From a virus (lineage: Duplodnaviria > Heunggongvirae > Uroviricota > Caudoviricetes): DNA of 51,157 bases. The notes below the pieces were generated by a model. It ran no database searches, was not told where the DNA came from, and saw only the letters and a program-made list of their open reading frames with translations. Made by a program: the position numbers and the translations under genes. This document shows, piece by piece, positions 32,839-45,600 of this stretch (positions are counted from its first letter, which is position 1; the number at the start of each line of letters is the position of its first letter). Location of the stretch: IMG/VR virus record IMGVR_UViG_2925877141_000001, one strand, 5' to 3'.

Positions 32839-33171
32839 ATGACGAGCAAAGAAACCTTTACCCATTACCAGCCGCTGGGCAACAGTGACCCGGCACATAC
32901 GGCAACCGCGCCCGGCGGATTGAGTGCGAAAGCGCCTGCAATGACCCCGCTGATGCTGGACACCTCCACCCGTAAGCTGGTTGCGTGGGATGGCACCACC
33001 GACGGTACTGCCGTTGGCATTCTGGCGGTTGATGCTGACCAGACCAGCACCACGCTGACGTTCTACAAGTCCGGCACGTTCCGTTATGAGGATGTGCTCT
33101 GGCCGGAGGCTGCCAGCGACGAGACGAAAAAACGGACCGCGTTTGCCGGAACGGCAATCAGCATCGTTTAA
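32839..33171 (+). CDS. D: Head decoration protein D
   Basis: [41 protein letters not shown]... recognised as lambda D. Confidence 0.9.
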   Translation: MTSKETFTHYQPLGNSDPAHTATAPGGLSAKAPAMTPLMLDTSTRKLVAWDGTTDGTAVGILAVDADQTSTTLTFYKSGTFRYEDVLWPEAASDETKKRTAFAGTAISIV

Positions 33172-33226
33172 CCTTACCCTTCATCACTAAAGGCCGCCTG
33201 TGCGGCTTTTTTTACGGGATTTTTTT

Positions 33227-34252
33227 ATGTCGATGTACACAACCGCCCAGCTGCTGGCGGCAAATGAGAAGAAATTTAAGTTTGATCCGCTGTTTCTGCG
33301 TCTCTTTTTCCGTGAGAGCTATCCCTTCACCACGGAGAAAGTCTATCTCTCACAAATTCCGGGACTGGTAAACATGGCGCTGTACGTTTCGCCGATTGTT
33401 TCCGGTGAGGTTATCCGCTCCCGTGGCGGCTCCACCTCTGAATTTACACCGGGATATGTCAAGCCGAAGCATGAGGTGAATCCGCAGATGACCCTGCGTC
33501 GCCTGCCGGATGAAGATCCGCAGAATCTGGCGGACCCGGCTTACCGCCGCCGTCGCATCATCATGCAGAACATGCGAGACGAAGAGCTGGCCATTGCTCA
33601 GGTCGAAGAGATGCAGGCAGTTTCTGCTGTGCTTAAGGGCAAATACACCATGACCGGTGAAGCCTTCGATCCGGTTGAGGTGGATATGGGCCGCAGTGCG
33701 GCGAACAACATCACACAGTCCGGTGGTACGGAGTGGAGCAAGCGTGACAAGTCCACGTATGACCCGACCGACGATATCGAAGCCTATGCGCTGAACGCCA
33801 GCGGAGTGGTGAATATCATCGTGTTTGATCCGAAAGGCTGGGCGCTGTTCCGTTCCTTCAAAGCCGTCAAGGAGAAGCTGGATACCCGTCGCGGCTCTAA
33901 TTCCGAGCTGGAGACAGCGGTAAAAGACCTGGGCGAAGCGGTGTCCTATAAGGGGATGTATGGCGATACGGCGATCGTCGTGTATTCCGGACAGTACGTG
34001 GAAAACGACGTCAAAAAGAACTTCCTTCCGGACAACACGATGGTGCTGGGGAACACTCAGGCACGCGGTCTGCGCACCTATGGCTGCATTCAGGATGCGG
34101 ACGCACAGCGCGAAGGTATTAACGCCTCTGCTCGCTACCCGAAAAACTGGGTGACCACCGGCGATCCGGCGCGTGAGTTCACCATGATTCAGTCAGCACC
34201 GCTGATGCTGCTGGCTGACCCTGATGCGTTCGTGTCCGTACAACTGGCGTAA
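33227..34252 (+). CDS. E: Major capsid protein E
   Basis: MSMYTTAQLLAANEKKFKFDPLFLRLFFRESYPF... recognised as lambda E. Confidence 0.95.
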   Translation: MSMYTTAQLLAANEKKFKFDPLFLRLFFRESYPFTTEKVYLSQIPGLVNMALYVSPIVSGEVIRSRGGSTSEFTPGYVKPKHEVNPQMTLRRLPDEDPQNLADPAYRRRRIIMQNMRDEELAIAQVEEMQAVSAVLKGKYTMTGEAFDPVEVDMGRSAANNITQSGGTEWSKRDKSTYDPTDDIEAYALNASGVVNIIVFDPKGWALFRSFKAVKEKLDTRRGSNSELETAVKDLGEAVSYKGMYGDTAIVVYSGQYVENDVKKNFLPDNTMVLGNTQARGLRTYGCIQDADAQREGINASARYPKNWVTTGDPAREFTMIQSAPLMLLADPDAFVSVQLA

Positions 34253-34293
34253 TCATGGCCCTTCGGGGCCATTTTCTCTCTGTGGAGGAGTCT

Positions 34294-34689
34294 ATGACGA
34301 AAGATGAACTGATTGCCCGTCTTCAGGTGCTGGGTGAGCAACTGAACCGTGATGTCAGCCTGACGGGGACGAAAGAAGAACTGGTGCTCCGTGTGGCAGA
34401 GCTGGAAGAGGAGCTTGATGACACGGATGACGCTGCCGGTCAGGACACATCTGTCAGCCCGGAAAATGCGCTGACCGGACATGAAAATGAGGTTGTATCA
34501 GCGCAGCCGGATACCGTGACTGATACGGCTGATCTGGTCACGGTTGTGGCACTGGTGACGCTGCATACTGATGCACTTCACGCCACGCGGGATGAGGCTG
34601 TGGCATTTGTGCTGCCGGGAACGGCGTTTCGTGTCTCTGCCGGTGTGGCAGCTGAAATGACAGAGCGCGGCCTGGCCAGAATGCAATAA
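34294..34689 (+). CDS. FI: DNA packaging protein FI
   Basis: MTKDELIARLQVLGEQLNRDVSLTGTKEEL... recognised as lambda FI. Confidence 0.85.
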   Translation: MTKDELIARLQVLGEQLNRDVSLTGTKEELVLRVAELEEELDDTDDAAGQDTSVSPENALTGHENEVVSAQPDTVTDTADLVTVVALVTLHTDALHATRDEAVAFVLPGTAFRVSAGVAAEMTERGLARMQ

Positions 34690-34700
34690 CGGGAGGCGCT

Positions 34701-35054
34701 GTGGCTGATTTCGATAACCTGTTCGATGCTGCCATTGCCTGCGCCGATGAAACGATACGCGGGTACATGGGAACGTCAGCCACCATGACATCCGGTGAGC
34801 AGTCCGGTGCTGTGATACGTGGTGTTTTTGATGACCCTGAAAATATCAGCTATGCCGGACAGGGCGTGCGCGTTGAAGGCTCCAGCCCGTCCCTGTTTGT
34901 CCGGACTGATGATGTGCGGCAGCTGCGGCGCGGCGACACGCTGACCATCGGTGAGGAAAACTTCTGGATAGACCGGATTTCGCCGGATGATGGCGGAAGC
35001 TGTCATCTCTGGCTTGGGCGGGGCGTACCGCCTGCCGTTAACCGTCGCCGCTGA
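34701..35054 (+). CDS. FII: Head completion protein FII
   Basis: MADFDNLFDAAIACADETIRGYMGTSATMTSGEQSG... recognised as lambda FII. Confidence 0.9.
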   Translation: MADFDNLFDAAIACADETIRGYMGTSATMTSGEQSGAVIRGVFDDPENISYAGQGVRVEGSSPSLFVRTDDVRQLRRGDTLTIGEENFWIDRISPDDGGSCHLWLGRGVPPAVNRRR

Positions 35055-35065
35055 AAGGGGGATGA

Positions 35066-35644
35066 ATGGCCATAAAAGGTCTTGAGCAGGCCGTTGAAAA
35101 CCTCAGCCGTATCAGCAGAACGGCGGTGCCCGGTGCCGCCGCAATGGCCATTAACCGCGTTGCGTCATCCGCGATATCGCAGTCGGCGTCACAGGTTGCC
35201 CGTGAGACAAAGGTACGCCGGAAACTGGTAAAGGAAAGGGCCAGGCTGAAAAGGGCCACGGTCAAAAATCCGCAGGCCAGAATCAAAGTTAACCGGGGGG
35301 ATTTGCCCGTAATCAAGCTGGGTAATGCGCGGGTTGTCCTTTCGCGCCGCAGGCGTCATAAAAAGGGGCAGCGTTCATCCCTGAAAGGTGGCGGCAGCGT
35401 GCTTGTGGTGGGTAACCGTCGTATTCCCGGCGCGTTTATTCAGCAACTGAAAAATGGCCGGTGGCATGTCATGCAGCGTGTGGCCGGGAAAAACCGTTAC
35501 CCCATTGATGTGGTGAAAATCCCGATGGCGGTGCCGCTGACCACGGCGTTTAAACAAAATATTGAGCGGATACGGCGTGAACGTCTTCCGAAAGAGCTGG
35601 GCTATGCGCTGCAGCATCAACTGAGGATGGTAATAAAGCGATGA
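35066..35644 (+). CDS. Z: Tail completion protein Z
   Basis: MAIKGLEQAVENLSRISRTAVPGAAAMAINRVASS... recognised as lambda Z. Confidence 0.9.
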   Translation: MAIKGLEQAVENLSRISRTAVPGAAAMAINRVASSAISQSASQVARETKVRRKLVKERARLKRATVKNPQARIKVNRGDLPVIKLGNARVVLSRRRRHKKGQRSSLKGGGSVLVVGNRRIPGAFIQQLKNGRWHVMQRVAGKNRYPIDVVKIPMAVPLTTAFKQNIERIRRERLPKELGYALQHQLRMVIKR

Positions 35645-36036
35645 AACATACTGAACTCCGTGCAGCCGTACTGGATGCACTGGAGAAGCATGACACCGGG
35701 GCGACGCTTTTTGATGGTCGCCCCGCTGTTTTTGATGAGGAAGATTTTCCGGCAATTGCCGTTTATCTCACCGGCGCTGAATACACGGGCGAAGAGCTGG
35801 ACAGCGATACCTGGCAGGCGGAGCTGCATATTGAAGTTTTCCTGCCTGCTCAGGTGCCGGATTCAGAGCTGGATTCGTGGATGGAGTCCCGGATTTATCC
35901 GGTGATGAGCGATATCCCGGCGCTGTCAGATTTGATCACCAGTATGGTGGCCAGTGGCTATAACTACCGGCGCGACGATGATGCGGGCCTGTGGAGTTCA
36001 GCCGATCTGACGTATGTCATTACCTATGAAATGTGA
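35641..36036 (+). CDS. U: Tail terminator protein U
   Basis: [45 protein letters not shown]... recognised as lambda U. Confidence 0.9.
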   Translation: MKHTELRAAVLDALEKHDTGATLFDGRPAVFDEEDFPAIAVYLTGAEYTGEELDSDTWQAELHIEVFLPAQVPDSELDSWMESRIYPVMSDIPALSDLITSMVASGYNYRRDDDAGLWSSADLTYVITYEM

Positions 36037-36043
36037 GGACGCT

Positions 36044-37075
36044 ATGCCTGTACCAAATCCTACAATGCCGGTGAAAGGTGCCGGGACCACCCTGTTGGTT
36101 TATAAGGGGAGCGGTGACCCTTATGCGAATCCGCTTTCAGACGTTGACTGGTCGCGTCTGGCAAAAGTTAAAGACCTGACGCCCGGCGAACTGACCGCTG
36201 AGTCCTATGACGACAGCTATCTCGATGATGAAAATGCGGACTGGACTGCGACCGGGCAGGGGCAGAAATCTGCCGGAGATACCAGCTTCACGCTGGCGTG
36301 GATGCCCGGAGAGCAGGGGCAGCAGGCGCTGCTGGCGTGGTTTAATAAAGGGGATACCCGTGCCTATAAAATCCGCTTCCCGAACGGCACGGTCGATGTG
36401 TTCCGCGGCTGGGTCAGCAGTATCGGTAAGGCGGTGACGGCGAAGGAAGTGATCACCCGCACGGTGAAAGTCACCAACGTGGGACGTCCGTCGATGGCAG
36501 AAGATCGCAGCACGGTAACAGCGGCAACCGGCATGACCGTGACGCCTGCCAGCACTTCGGTGGTGAAAGGGCGGAGCATCACGCTGACCGTGGCATTCCA
36601 GCCGGAAGGCGCAACCGACAAGAGCTTCCGTGCGGTGTCTGCGGATAAAACAAAAGCCACCGTGTCGGTCAGTGGTATGACCATCACCGTGAAAGGTGTT
36701 GCTGCAGGCAAGGTCAACATTCCGGTTGTATCCGGTAATGGTGAACTTGCTGTGGTTGCAGGAATCACCGTCAGCCGCTGGCGCATTGAGCAGTGCAGCG
36801 AACTGAGCGCGGTGAGTGCCTCCTTTGTACTGTCCACGCCGACGGAAACGGATGGCGCTGTTTTTCCGGGACGTATCATGCTGGCCAACACCTGCACCTG
36901 GACCTATCGCGGTGACGAGTGCGGTTATAGCGGTCCGGCTGTCGCGGATGAATATGACCAGCCAACGTCCGATATCACGAAGGATAAATGCAGCAAATGC
37001 CTGAGCGGTTGTAAGTTCCGCAATAACGTCGGCAACTTTGGCGGCTTCCTTTCCATTAACAAACTTTCGCAGTAA
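36044..37075 (+). pseudogene. In-frame fusion of major tail protein V (N-terminal ~240 aa) to the C-terminal ~100 aa of tail-tip protein L
   Basis: [16 protein letters not shown]...VVAGITV (V-like) continues directly into [54 protein letters not shown]...FLSINKLSQ (L C-terminus); no G, T, H or M between U and K. Confidence 0.8.
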
Positions 37076-37080
37076 ATCCC

Positions 37081-37824
37081 ATGACACAGACAGAATCAGC
37101 GATTCTGGCGCACGCCCGGCGATGTGCGCCAGCGGAGTCGTGCGGCTTCGTGGTAAGCACGCCGGAGGGGGAAAGATATTTTCCCTGCGTGAATATTTCC
37201 GGTGAGCCGGAGGCGTATTTCCGTATGTCGCCGGAAGACTGGCTGCAGGCAGAAATGCAGGGTGAGATTGTGGCGCTGGTCCACAGCCACCCCGGTGGTC
37301 TGCCCTGGCTGAGTGAGGCCGACCGGCGGCTGCAGGTGCAGAGTGATTTGCCGTGGTGGCTGGTCTGCCGGGGAGTGATTCATAAGTTCCGCTGTGTGCC
37401 GCATCTCACCGGGCGGCGTTTTGAGCACGGGGTGACAGACTGTTATACGCTGTTCCGCGATGCCTATCATCTTGCAGGTATCGATTTGCCGGATTTTTAC
37501 CGACATGATGACTGGTGGAAATCAGGTCAGAATCTCTATCTGGATAATCTGGAGGCCACAGGGCTGTATCAGGTGCCGTTGTCATCAGCACAACCGGGCG
37601 ATGTGCTGCTGTGCTGTTTTGGTTCATCAGTGCCGAATCACGCCGCAATTTACTGCGGCGACGGCGAGCTGCTGCACCATATTCCTGAACAACTGAGCAA
37701 ACGAGAGAGGTACACCGACAAATGGCAGCGACGCACACACTCCCTCTGGCGTCACCAGGCATGGCACGCATCTGCCTTTACGGGGATTTACAACGATTTG
37801 TCCGCCGCATCGATCTGCGTGTGA
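37081..37824 (+). CDS. K: Tail-tip assembly protein K
   Basis: MTQTESAILAHARRCAPAESCGFVVSTPEGERYFPCVNISGEPEAY... recognised as lambda K; 3' end overlaps I in another frame. Confidence 0.85.
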   Translation: MTQTESAILAHARRCAPAESCGFVVSTPEGERYFPCVNISGEPEAYFRMSPEDWLQAEMQGEIVALVHSHPGGLPWLSEADRRLQVQSDLPWWLVCRGVIHKFRCVPHLTGRRFEHGVTDCYTLFRDAYHLAGIDLPDFYRHDDWWKSGQNLYLDNLEATGLYQVPLSSAQPGDVLLCCFGSSVPNHAAIYCGDGELLHHIPEQLSKRERYTDKWQRRTHSLWRHQAWHASAFTGIYNDLSAASICV

Positions 37825-38363
37825 AAACGGGGGCCGAAGCCATCCGGGCGCTGGCCATGCAGATCCCGGCGTTTCGTCAGAAGCTGAGCGACGGCTGGTA
37901 TCAGGTACGCATTGCCGGGCGTGATACAGGTGAAACGGAATTATCAGCCCGTCTTAATGAACCGCTGGCAAATGGTGCTGTGATCCATATCGTGCCGCGT
38001 CTGGCAGGAGCCAAAAGTGGCGGTGTGTTTCAGGCTGTGCTGGGGGCGGCTGTTATGGCGGTTGCTATATGGATGCCGGGGGTAGGAATTATGGCGAGTA
38101 ATCTGCTGTTTTCTCTCGGTGCCAGTATGACGCTTGGCGGTGTTGCACAGATGCTGGCCCCTAAACCCAAAACCCCCCGCACACAGACAACGGATAACGG
38201 CAAACAGAACACCTATTTTTCTTCACTGGATAATATGGTTGCCCAGGGCAATGTTCTGCCCGTTCTGTACGGTGAAATGCGCGTGGGATCACGTGTGGTA
38301 TCTCAGGAGATCAGCACAGCAGATGAAGGTGACGGTGGTCAGGTTGTGGTGATTGGTCGCTGA
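37722..38363 (+). CDS. I: Tail-tip assembly protein I
   Basis: MAATHTLPLASPGMARICLYGDLQRF... recognised as lambda I. Confidence 0.85.
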   Translation: MAATHTLPLASPGMARICLYGDLQRFVRRIDLRVKTGAEAIRALAMQIPAFRQKLSDGWYQVRIAGRDTGETELSARLNEPLANGAVIHIVPRLAGAKSGGVFQAVLGAAVMAVAIWMPGVGIMASNLLFSLGASMTLGGVAQMLAPKPKTPRTQTTDNGKQNTYFSSLDNMVAQGNVLPVLYGEMRVGSRVVSQEISTADEGDGGQVVVIGR

Positions 38364-38423
38364 TGCAAAACGTTTTATGTGAAACCGCCTCCGGGCGGTT
38401 TTATCGTTTATGGAGCATGACGA

Positions 38424-41400
38424 ATGGGTAAAGGCAGCAGTAAGGGGCATACCCCGCGCGAAGCGAAGGACAACCTGAAGTCCACGCAGCTGCTGAGTGT
38501 GATCGATGCTATCAGCGAAGGGCCGGTTGAAGGTCCGGTGGATGGATTAAAAAGCGTGCTGCTGAACAGTACGCCGGTGCTGGACAGTGAGGGGAATACC
38601 AATATATCCGGCGTCACGGTGGTGTTCCGGGCCGGTGAGCAGGAGCAGACACCGCCGGAGGGATTTGAATCCTCCGGCTCCGAGACGGTGCTGGGTACGG
38701 AAGTGAAATACGACACGCCGATCACCCGCACCATTACGTCGGCAAACATTGACCGTCTGCGCTTTACCTTCGGTGTGCAGGCACTGGTGGAAACCACCTC
38801 AAAGGGGGACAGGAATCCGTCGGAAGTTCGCCTGCTGGTTCAGATACAACGTAACGGTGGCTGGGTGACGGAAAAAGACATCACCATTAAGGGCAAAACC
38901 ACCTCGCAGTATCTGGCCTCGGTAGTGGTGGATAACCTGCCGCCGCGCCCGTTTAATATCCGGATGCGCAGGATGACGCCGGACAGCACCACAGACCAGC
39001 TGCAGAACAAAACGCTCTGGTCGTCATACACCGAAATCATCGATGTGAAACAGTGCTACCCGAACACGGCACTGGTCGGCGTGCAGGTGGATTCGGAGCA
39101 GTTCGGCAGCCAGCAGGTGAGCCGTAATTATCATCTTCGCGGGCGCATTCTGCAGGTGCCGTCGAACTATAACCCGCAGACGCGGCAATACAGCGGTATC
39201 TGGGACGGAACGTTTAAACCGGCATACAGCAACAACATGGCCTGGTGTCTGTGGGATATGCTGACCCATCCGCGCTACGGCATGGGGAAACGTCTTGGTG
39301 CGGCGGATGTGGATAAATGGGCGCTGTATGTCATCGGCCAGTACTGCGACCAGTCGGTGCCGGACGGCTTTGGCGGCACGGAGCCGCGCATCACCTGTAA
39401 TGCGTACCTGACCACACAGCGCAAGGCGTGGGATGTGCTCAGTGATTTCTGCTCGGCGATGCGCTGTATGCCGGTATGGAACGGGCAGACGCTGACGTTC
39501 GTGCAGGACCGACCATCAGATAAGGTGTGGACCTATAACCGCAGTAATGTGGTGATGCCGGATGATGGCGCGCCGTTCCGCTACAGCTTCAGCGCCCTGA
39601 AAGACCGCCATAATGCCGTTGAGGTGAACTGGATTGACCCGAACAACGGCTGGGAGACGGCGACAGAGCTTGTGGAGGATACGCAGGCCATTGCCCGTTA
39701 CGGTCGTAACGTCACGAAGATGGATGCCTTTGGCTGTACCAGCCGGGGGCAGGCACACCGCGCCGGGCTGTGGCTGATTAAAACGGAGCTGCTGGAAACG
39801 CAGACCGTGGATTTCAGCGTGGGTGCCGAAGGGCTTCGCCATGTGCCGGGTGATGTTATTGAAATCTGCGATGATGACTATGCGGGGATCAGCACCGGCG
39901 GGCGCGTGCTGGCGGTGAACAGCCAGACCCGGACGCTGACGCTCGACCGTGAAATCACGCTGCCATCCTCCGGTACCACGCTGATAAGCCTGGTTGACGG
40001 AAGTGGCAATCCGGTCAGCGTGGAGGTCCAGTCCATCACCGACGGCGTGAAGGTAAAAGTGAGCCGTGTTCCTGACGGCGTTGCCGGATACAGCGTATGG
40101 GGGCTGAAGCTGCCGACGCTGCGCCAGCGCCTGTTCCGCTGCGTGAGTATCCGTGAGAACGATGACGGCACGTATACCATCACCGCCGTGCAGCATGTAC
40201 CGGAAAAAGAGGCCATCGTGGATAACGGGGCGCACTTTGACGGCGACCAGAGCGGCACGGTGAATGGTGTCACGCCGCCAGCAGTGCAGCATCTGACCGC
40301 AGAAGTCACCGCAGACAGCGGGGAATACCAGGTGCTGGCCCGCTGGGACACGCCGAAGGTGGTGAAGGGCGTGAGCTTCCTGCTTCGCCTGACCGTGGCA
40401 GCGGATGACGGCAGTGAGCGGCTGGTCAGCACAGCCAGGACGACGGAAACCACATACCGCTTCACGCAACTGGCGCTGGGGAATTACAGGCTGACAGTCC
40501 GGGCGGTAAATGCGTGGGGACAGCAGGGCGATCCGGCATCGGTATCGTTCCGGATTGCCGCACCGGCAGCGCCGTCTCGGATTGAGCTGACGCCGGGCTA
40601 TTTTCAGATAACCGCCACGCCGCATCTTGCGGTTTATGATCCGACGGTACAGTTTGAGTTCTGGTTCTCGGAAAAGCGGATTGCGGATATCAGGCAGGTT
40701 GAAACCACAGCACGCTATCTTGGTACGGCGTTGTACTGGATAGCCGCCAGTATCAATATCAAACCGGGCCATAATTATTATTTTTACGTTCGCAGTGTGA
40801 ACACCGTTGGCAAATCGGCATTCGTGGAGGCTGTTGGTCAGCCGAGTGATGATGCATCCGGCTATCTGGATTTTTTCAAAGGCGAGATAGGGAAAACCCA
40901 TCTGGCTCAGGAGCTGTGGACGCAGATTGATAACGGTCAGCTTGCGCCTGACCTGGCTGAAATCAGGACATCCATTACGGATGTCAGCAATGAAATCACA
41001 CAGACCGTCAATAAGAAACTGGAAGACCAGAGTGCAGCGATCCAGCAGATACAGAAGGTTCAGGTTGATACAAATAATAACCTGAACAGCATGTGGGCTG
41101 TGAAGCTGCAGCAGATGCAGGACGGACGCCTTTATATTGCGGGTATCGGTGCCGGTATTGAGAATACGCCAGCAGGAATGCAGAGTCAGGTGCTGCTGGC
41201 GGCAGACAGGATTGCGATGATTAATCCTGCGAATGGCAACACAAAGCCGATGTTTGTTGGTCAGGGTGATCAGATATTCATGAACGACGTGTTCCTGAAA
41301 TATCTGACGGCTCCCACCATTACCAGCGGCGGTAATCCTCCTGCATTTTCCCTGACACCGGACGGGCGACTGACGGCGAAAAATGCGGATATCAGTGGCA

Positions 41401-41903
41401 GTGTGAATGCGAACGCCGGGACGCTCAACAATGTCACGATAAATGAAAACTGTCGGGTTCTGGGAAAACTGTCTGCGAACCAGATTGAAGGCGATCTCGT
41501 TAAAACAGTGGGCAAAGCTTTCCCCCGGGACTCCCGTGCACCGGAGCGGTGGCCATCAGGGACCATTACCGTCAGGGTTTATGACGATCAGCCGTTTGAC
41601 CGGCAGATTGTTATTCCCGCGGTGGCGTTTCGTGGCGCTAAACATGAGCGGGAGAATAACGATATTTATTCGTCATGCCGCCTGATAGTGAAGAAAAACG
41701 GTGCTGAAATTTATAACCGTACCGCGCTGGATAATACGCTGGTTTATACAGGTGTTATTGATATGCCTGCTGGTCGCGGTCACATGACGCTGGAGTTTTC
41801 GGTATCAGCGTGGCTGGTAAATGACTGGTATCCCACAGCCAGTATCAGTGATTTGCTGGTTGTGGTGATGAAGAAATCCACAGCAGGTATCACGATTAGC
41901 TGA
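38424..41903 (+). CDS. J: Tail tip / host-specificity protein J
   Basis: 1159-aa ORF starting [37 protein letters not shown]..., recognised as lambda J. Confidence 0.95.
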   Translation: MGKGSSKGHTPREAKDNLKSTQLLSVIDAISEGPVEGPVDGLKSVLLNSTPVLDSEGNTNISGVTVVFRAGEQEQTPPEGFESSGSETVLGTEVKYDTPITRTITSANIDRLRFTFGVQALVETTSKGDRNPSEVRLLVQIQRNGGWVTEKDITIKGKTTSQYLASVVVDNLPPRPFNIRMRRMTPDSTTDQLQNKTLWSSYTEIIDVKQCYPNTALVGVQVDSEQFGSQQVSRNYHLRGRILQVPSNYNPQTRQYSGIWDGTFKPAYSNNMAWCLWDMLTHPRYGMGKRLGAADVDKWALYVIGQYCDQSVPDGFGGTEPRITCNAYLTTQRKAWDVLSDFCSAMRCMPVWNGQTLTFVQDRPSDKVWTYNRSNVVMPDDGAPFRYSFSALKDRHNAVEVNWIDPNNGWETATELVEDTQAIARYGRNVTKMDAFGCTSRGQAHRAGLWLIKTELLETQTVDFSVGAEGLRHVPGDVIEICDDDYAGISTGGRVLAVNSQTRTLTLDREITLPSSGTTLISLVDGSGNPVSVEVQSITDGVKVKVSRVPDGVAGYSVWGLKLPTLRQRLFRCVSIRENDDGTYTITAVQHVPEKEAIVDNGAHFDGDQSGTVNGVTPPAVQHLTAEVTADSGEYQVLARWDTPKVVKGVSFLLRLTVAADDGSERLVSTARTTETTYRFTQLALGNYRLTVRAVNAWGQQGDPASVSFRIAAPAAPSRIELTPGYFQITATPHLAVYDPTVQFEFWFSEKRIADIRQVETTARYLGTALYWIAASINIKPGHNYYFYVRSVNTVGKSAFVEAVGQPSDDASGYLDFFKGEIGKTHLAQELWTQIDNGQLAPDLAEIRTSITDVSNEITQTVNKKLEDQSAAIQQIQKVQVDTNNNLNSMWAVKLQQMQDGRLYIAGIGAGIENTPAGMQSQVLLAADRIAMINPANGNTKPMFVGQGDQIFMNDVFLKYLTAPTITSGGNPPAFSLTPDGRLTAKNADISGSVNANAGTLNNVTINENCRVLGKLSANQIEGDLVKTVGKAFPRDSRAPERWPSGTITVRVYDDQPFDRQIVIPAVAFRGAKHERENNDIYSSCRLIVKKNGAEIYNRTALDNTLVYTGVIDMPAGRGHMTLEFSVSAWLVNDWYPTASISDLLVVVMKKSTAGITIS

Positions 41904-41971
41904 ATTTTCATAACCCATATGCGGGCGCCATTTCTGGCGCCTTTTTTATTGCAGAAAAGCGAGAGGTAATT

Positions 41972-42571
41972 ATGCGTAAAGTTTGTGCAGCCATTTTGTC
42001 CGCAGCCATCTGTCTGGCCGTATCCGGTGCGCCTGCATGGGCGTCTGAGCAGCAGGCCACACTGAGCGCAGGGTATCTTCATGCCCGTACGAACGCTCCC
42101 GGCAGCGATAATCTGAACGGGATTAACGTGAAATACCGTTATGAGTTTACGGACACGCTGGGGCTGATTACGTCATTCAGTTATGCCAACGCTGAAGATG
42201 AGCAAAAAACGCATTACAGCGATACCCGCTGGCATGAGGATTCCGTGCGTAACCGCTGGTTCAGCGTGATGGTGGGGCCGTCTGTGCGCGTGAATGAATG
42301 GTTCAGCGCGTATGCGATGGCGGGTGTGGCTTACAGCCGTGTGTCGACTTTCTCCGGGGATTATCTCCGCGTAACTGACAACAAGGGGAAAACGCACGAT
42401 GTGCTGACCGGAAGTGATGACGGTCGCCACAGCAACATGTCTCTGGCGTGGGGGGCTGGCGTGCAGTTTAACCCGACCGAATCCGTGGCCATTGATGTCG
42501 CTTATGAAGGCTCCGGCAGTGGCGACTGGCGCACTGACGGTTTCATCGTGGGTGTCGGTTATAAGTTCTGA
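41972..42571 (+). CDS. lom: Outer-membrane protein Lom
   Basis: MRKVCAAILSAAICLAVSGAPAWASE... with signal peptide and C-terminal ...GFIVGVGYKF, recognised as lambda Lom. Confidence 0.9.
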   Translation: MRKVCAAILSAAICLAVSGAPAWASEQQATLSAGYLHARTNAPGSDNLNGINVKYRYEFTDTLGLITSFSYANAEDEQKTHYSDTRWHEDSVRNRWFSVMVGPSVRVNEWFSAYAMAGVAYSRVSTFSGDYLRVTDNKGKTHDVLTGSDDGRHSNMSLAWGAGVQFNPTESVAIDVAYEGSGSGDWRTDGFIVGVGYKF

Positions 42572-42635
42572 TTAGCCAGGTAACACAGTGTTATGACAGC
42601 CCGCCGGTTCAGGCGGGCTTTTTTGTGGGGTGAAT

Positions 42636-45600
42636 ATGGCAGTAAAGATTTCAGGTGTACTGAAAGACGGCGCAGGTAAACCGGTACAGAACTGCACAAT
42701 CCAGCTGAAAGCAAAACGTAACAGCACCACGGTGGTGGCGAACACGGTGGCCTCAGAAAATCCGGATGAAGCCGGGCGTTACAGCATGGACGTTGAGTAC
42801 GGTCAGTACAGCGTTATTCTGTTGGTGGAAGGCTTCCCGCCATCGCATGCCGGGACCATCACCGTGTATGAAGACTCACAACCGGGTACGCTGAATGATT
42901 TTCTCGGTGCCATGACGGAGGATGATGTCCGTCCGGAGGCACTGCGCCGCTTTGAACTGATGGTGGAAGAGGTGGCGCGTAACGCGTCCGCAGTGGCGCA
43001 GAACACAGCAGCCGCGAAGAAGTCAGCCAGCGATGCCAGCACATCAGCCCGTGAGGCGGCAACCCATGCGACTGATGCTGCAGGCTCAGCACGTGCAGCC
43101 AGCACGTCAGCCGGACAGGCCGCGTCGTCGGCTCAGTCAGCGTCTTCCAGCGCAGGAACGGCATCAACAAAGGCCACTGAAGCATCAAAAAGTGCTGCCG
43201 CCGCAGAGTCTTCAAAAAGCGCGGCAGCCACCAGTGCCGGTGCAGCGAAAACGTCGGAAATGAATGCCGCAGCATCACAAAAATCTGCGGCCACATCTGC
43301 ATCCACCGCGACCACGAAAGCGTCAGAAGCTGCCACCTCAGCCCGGGATGCGTCGGCTTCAAAAGTGGCGGCAAAATCATCAGAAACGAGCGCTGCCTCG
43401 AGCGCCGGCAGTGCAGCTTCCTCGGCAACGGCAGCAGGAAATTCCGCGAAGGCCGCAAAAACGTCTGAGACGAATGCGGATAACAGCGCACAGGCGGCAG
43501 CAGACTCACAAACTGCATCGGCAAACTCCGCGACAGCAGCCAAAAAATCAGAAACCAACGCGAAAAATAGTGAGGCAGCAGCAAAGGTCAGCGAAACCAA
43601 CGCTAAAGCGTCAGAGAACAAGGCGAAAGAATATCTCGACAAGGTCGGGGGACTCGTCAGCCCGATGACGCAATACGATTGGCCCGTTGTTACTGGTAGT
43701 GAGCCTTTTTACATAAAGATCGCGAAACTTTCCGATCCCGGAAGCAAAGATTGCCATGTAACGCTAATGGTTACTAATGCCGGTAACTACGGCTCCCCTT
43801 ACGGAAACATTGACTTTATCGAGATCTCGGCGCGCGGTCTGCCTTCTTCGCTTACTGCGGATAATGTTTCTCGTCATCTGAGTATACGCCGCTTAGGGTC
43901 AACCGGGCTGACCGATAACAACCAGATGCGTTACGGCCTGGTTAAAGGTGACGGCTTTATTGAGGTTTGGGCATTCCAGGGTGCGTTTATTAACGACGCA
44001 AAGGTTGCGGTGCTGGCGCAGACAACACTAAACACAGAATTATACATTCCAGACGGATTTGTTAAGCAAACCGCCGCGCCTTCTGGATATATTGAAGGCA
44101 ACGTTGTAAGGATTTACGACCAGGTAAACAAGCCGACTAAAGCAGATTTGGGTCTTTCTAATGCTATGCTTACAGGCGCTTTCGGTCTTGGCGGTAGCGG
44201 GATATCAACAAACGGCAAGATGAGCGATGTAGAGATCTTAAAAGCTCTGCGTGACAAAGGTGGTCATTTCTGGCGCGGTGATAAGCCGACCGGAAGCACG
44301 GCGACCATTTATAGCCACGGTTCTGGTATATTCTCGCGGTGCGGCGATACGTGGTCAGCGATCAATATCGACTACTCAACCGCGAAGATTAAGATCTATG
44401 CCGGCAACGATGCCCGGCTTAACAACGGGACTTTTAGCGTCAATGAGCTATACGGCTCGGCAAACAAGCCGTCGAAATCGGATGTTGGACTTGGCAACGT
44501 AACGAACGATGCGCAGGTAAAAAAAACCGGCGATACAATGACCGGTGACTTGACAATCAAAAAAGGTACACCGTCAGTCTTCCTGCGGGCAGACAGTGGA
44601 GTCACCGCTTTGCGGTTTTATACTGGCGATAACACAGAGCGCGGCATAATCTATGCTGGTCCTAACACTGATTCGCTTGGCGAAGTTCGCATCAGGGCAA
44701 AGACAGCAGGGGGGACATCAGGAGGGGATCTTGTTGTTCGTCACGACGGGAGGGTTGAAGTCCGTGATCTCACAGTAGCGTATAAAATTAAAAGCAGAAC
44801 GATTGAGATTGCAAATACCGACACTGACTCATCGGCAACTACGCTAAGCATCTATGGAGTACAGCACACGCCGTTGGTTTTAACGCGTTCTGGTTCTTCT
44901 GAAAATGTGTCCATTGGGTTTAAGTTAGACAACATGAACCCAAAGTATCTTGGAATTGATACTAATGGGGATCTGGCTTTTGGTGAGAGTCCTGATCAGA
45001 AACAAAACAGCAAATTGATCACGCAAGCGAAACTCGACAAGGGATTAACGATTGGTGGTCAACTGGCTTTCAAAGGTACGACAGCGTTTTCAGCCGCTGC
45101 TACGTTCAGTGCCGGGATAGCAGGAGCCATCGAGCCTGAAAACATTGGCGACCAGAAGGTTGATCTTAACAACCTGACCATCAGGTCAGATGCCGGGGCG
45201 GTTAAATACTATAGTTGTCCATCCTCTGGAGGTGGTGCAAATATCACCAACAAGCCTGACGGTGTAACCGGTAACTTTTTGCTCCGTGTAGAGTCGACTC
45301 GCAAAGTTTCTGCTTCGGATTATGCGAACATGCAAACGCTGATCAGCAACGACACAAAACGTATATACGTTCGCTTTGTTGTTAATGGAAACTGGACAGC
45401 GTGGAGTCAGGTTGTTGTTTCCGGATGGAATCAGGATGTAACCGTCAGGTCGTTAACCTCGACGACTCCATCAAAATTAGGTGGCGGGCGGATTGATGTG
45501 CTTGGAAGTACGTCAGATTATGGCAGCATGAATTGTACCGTTCGTGGTGTTGATAGCACTGGAACCAATTCGGCGTGGTCGGTAGGCACATCAGAAAGCA

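Noticed and set aside
36137-40901. Long minus-strand ORFs across tail genes (36137-37087, 36364-36897, 39516-40901, 39878-40465)
   Set aside because: Antisense to the V-L fusion and J; no independent support.
42803-43668. Multiple ORFs on both strands within the fibre repeat region (42859-43584, 43133-43642, 43033-43263, 43264-43668)
   Set aside because: Arise from the low-complexity Ala/Ser-rich repeat DNA of stf; alternative frames of a repetitive coding region.
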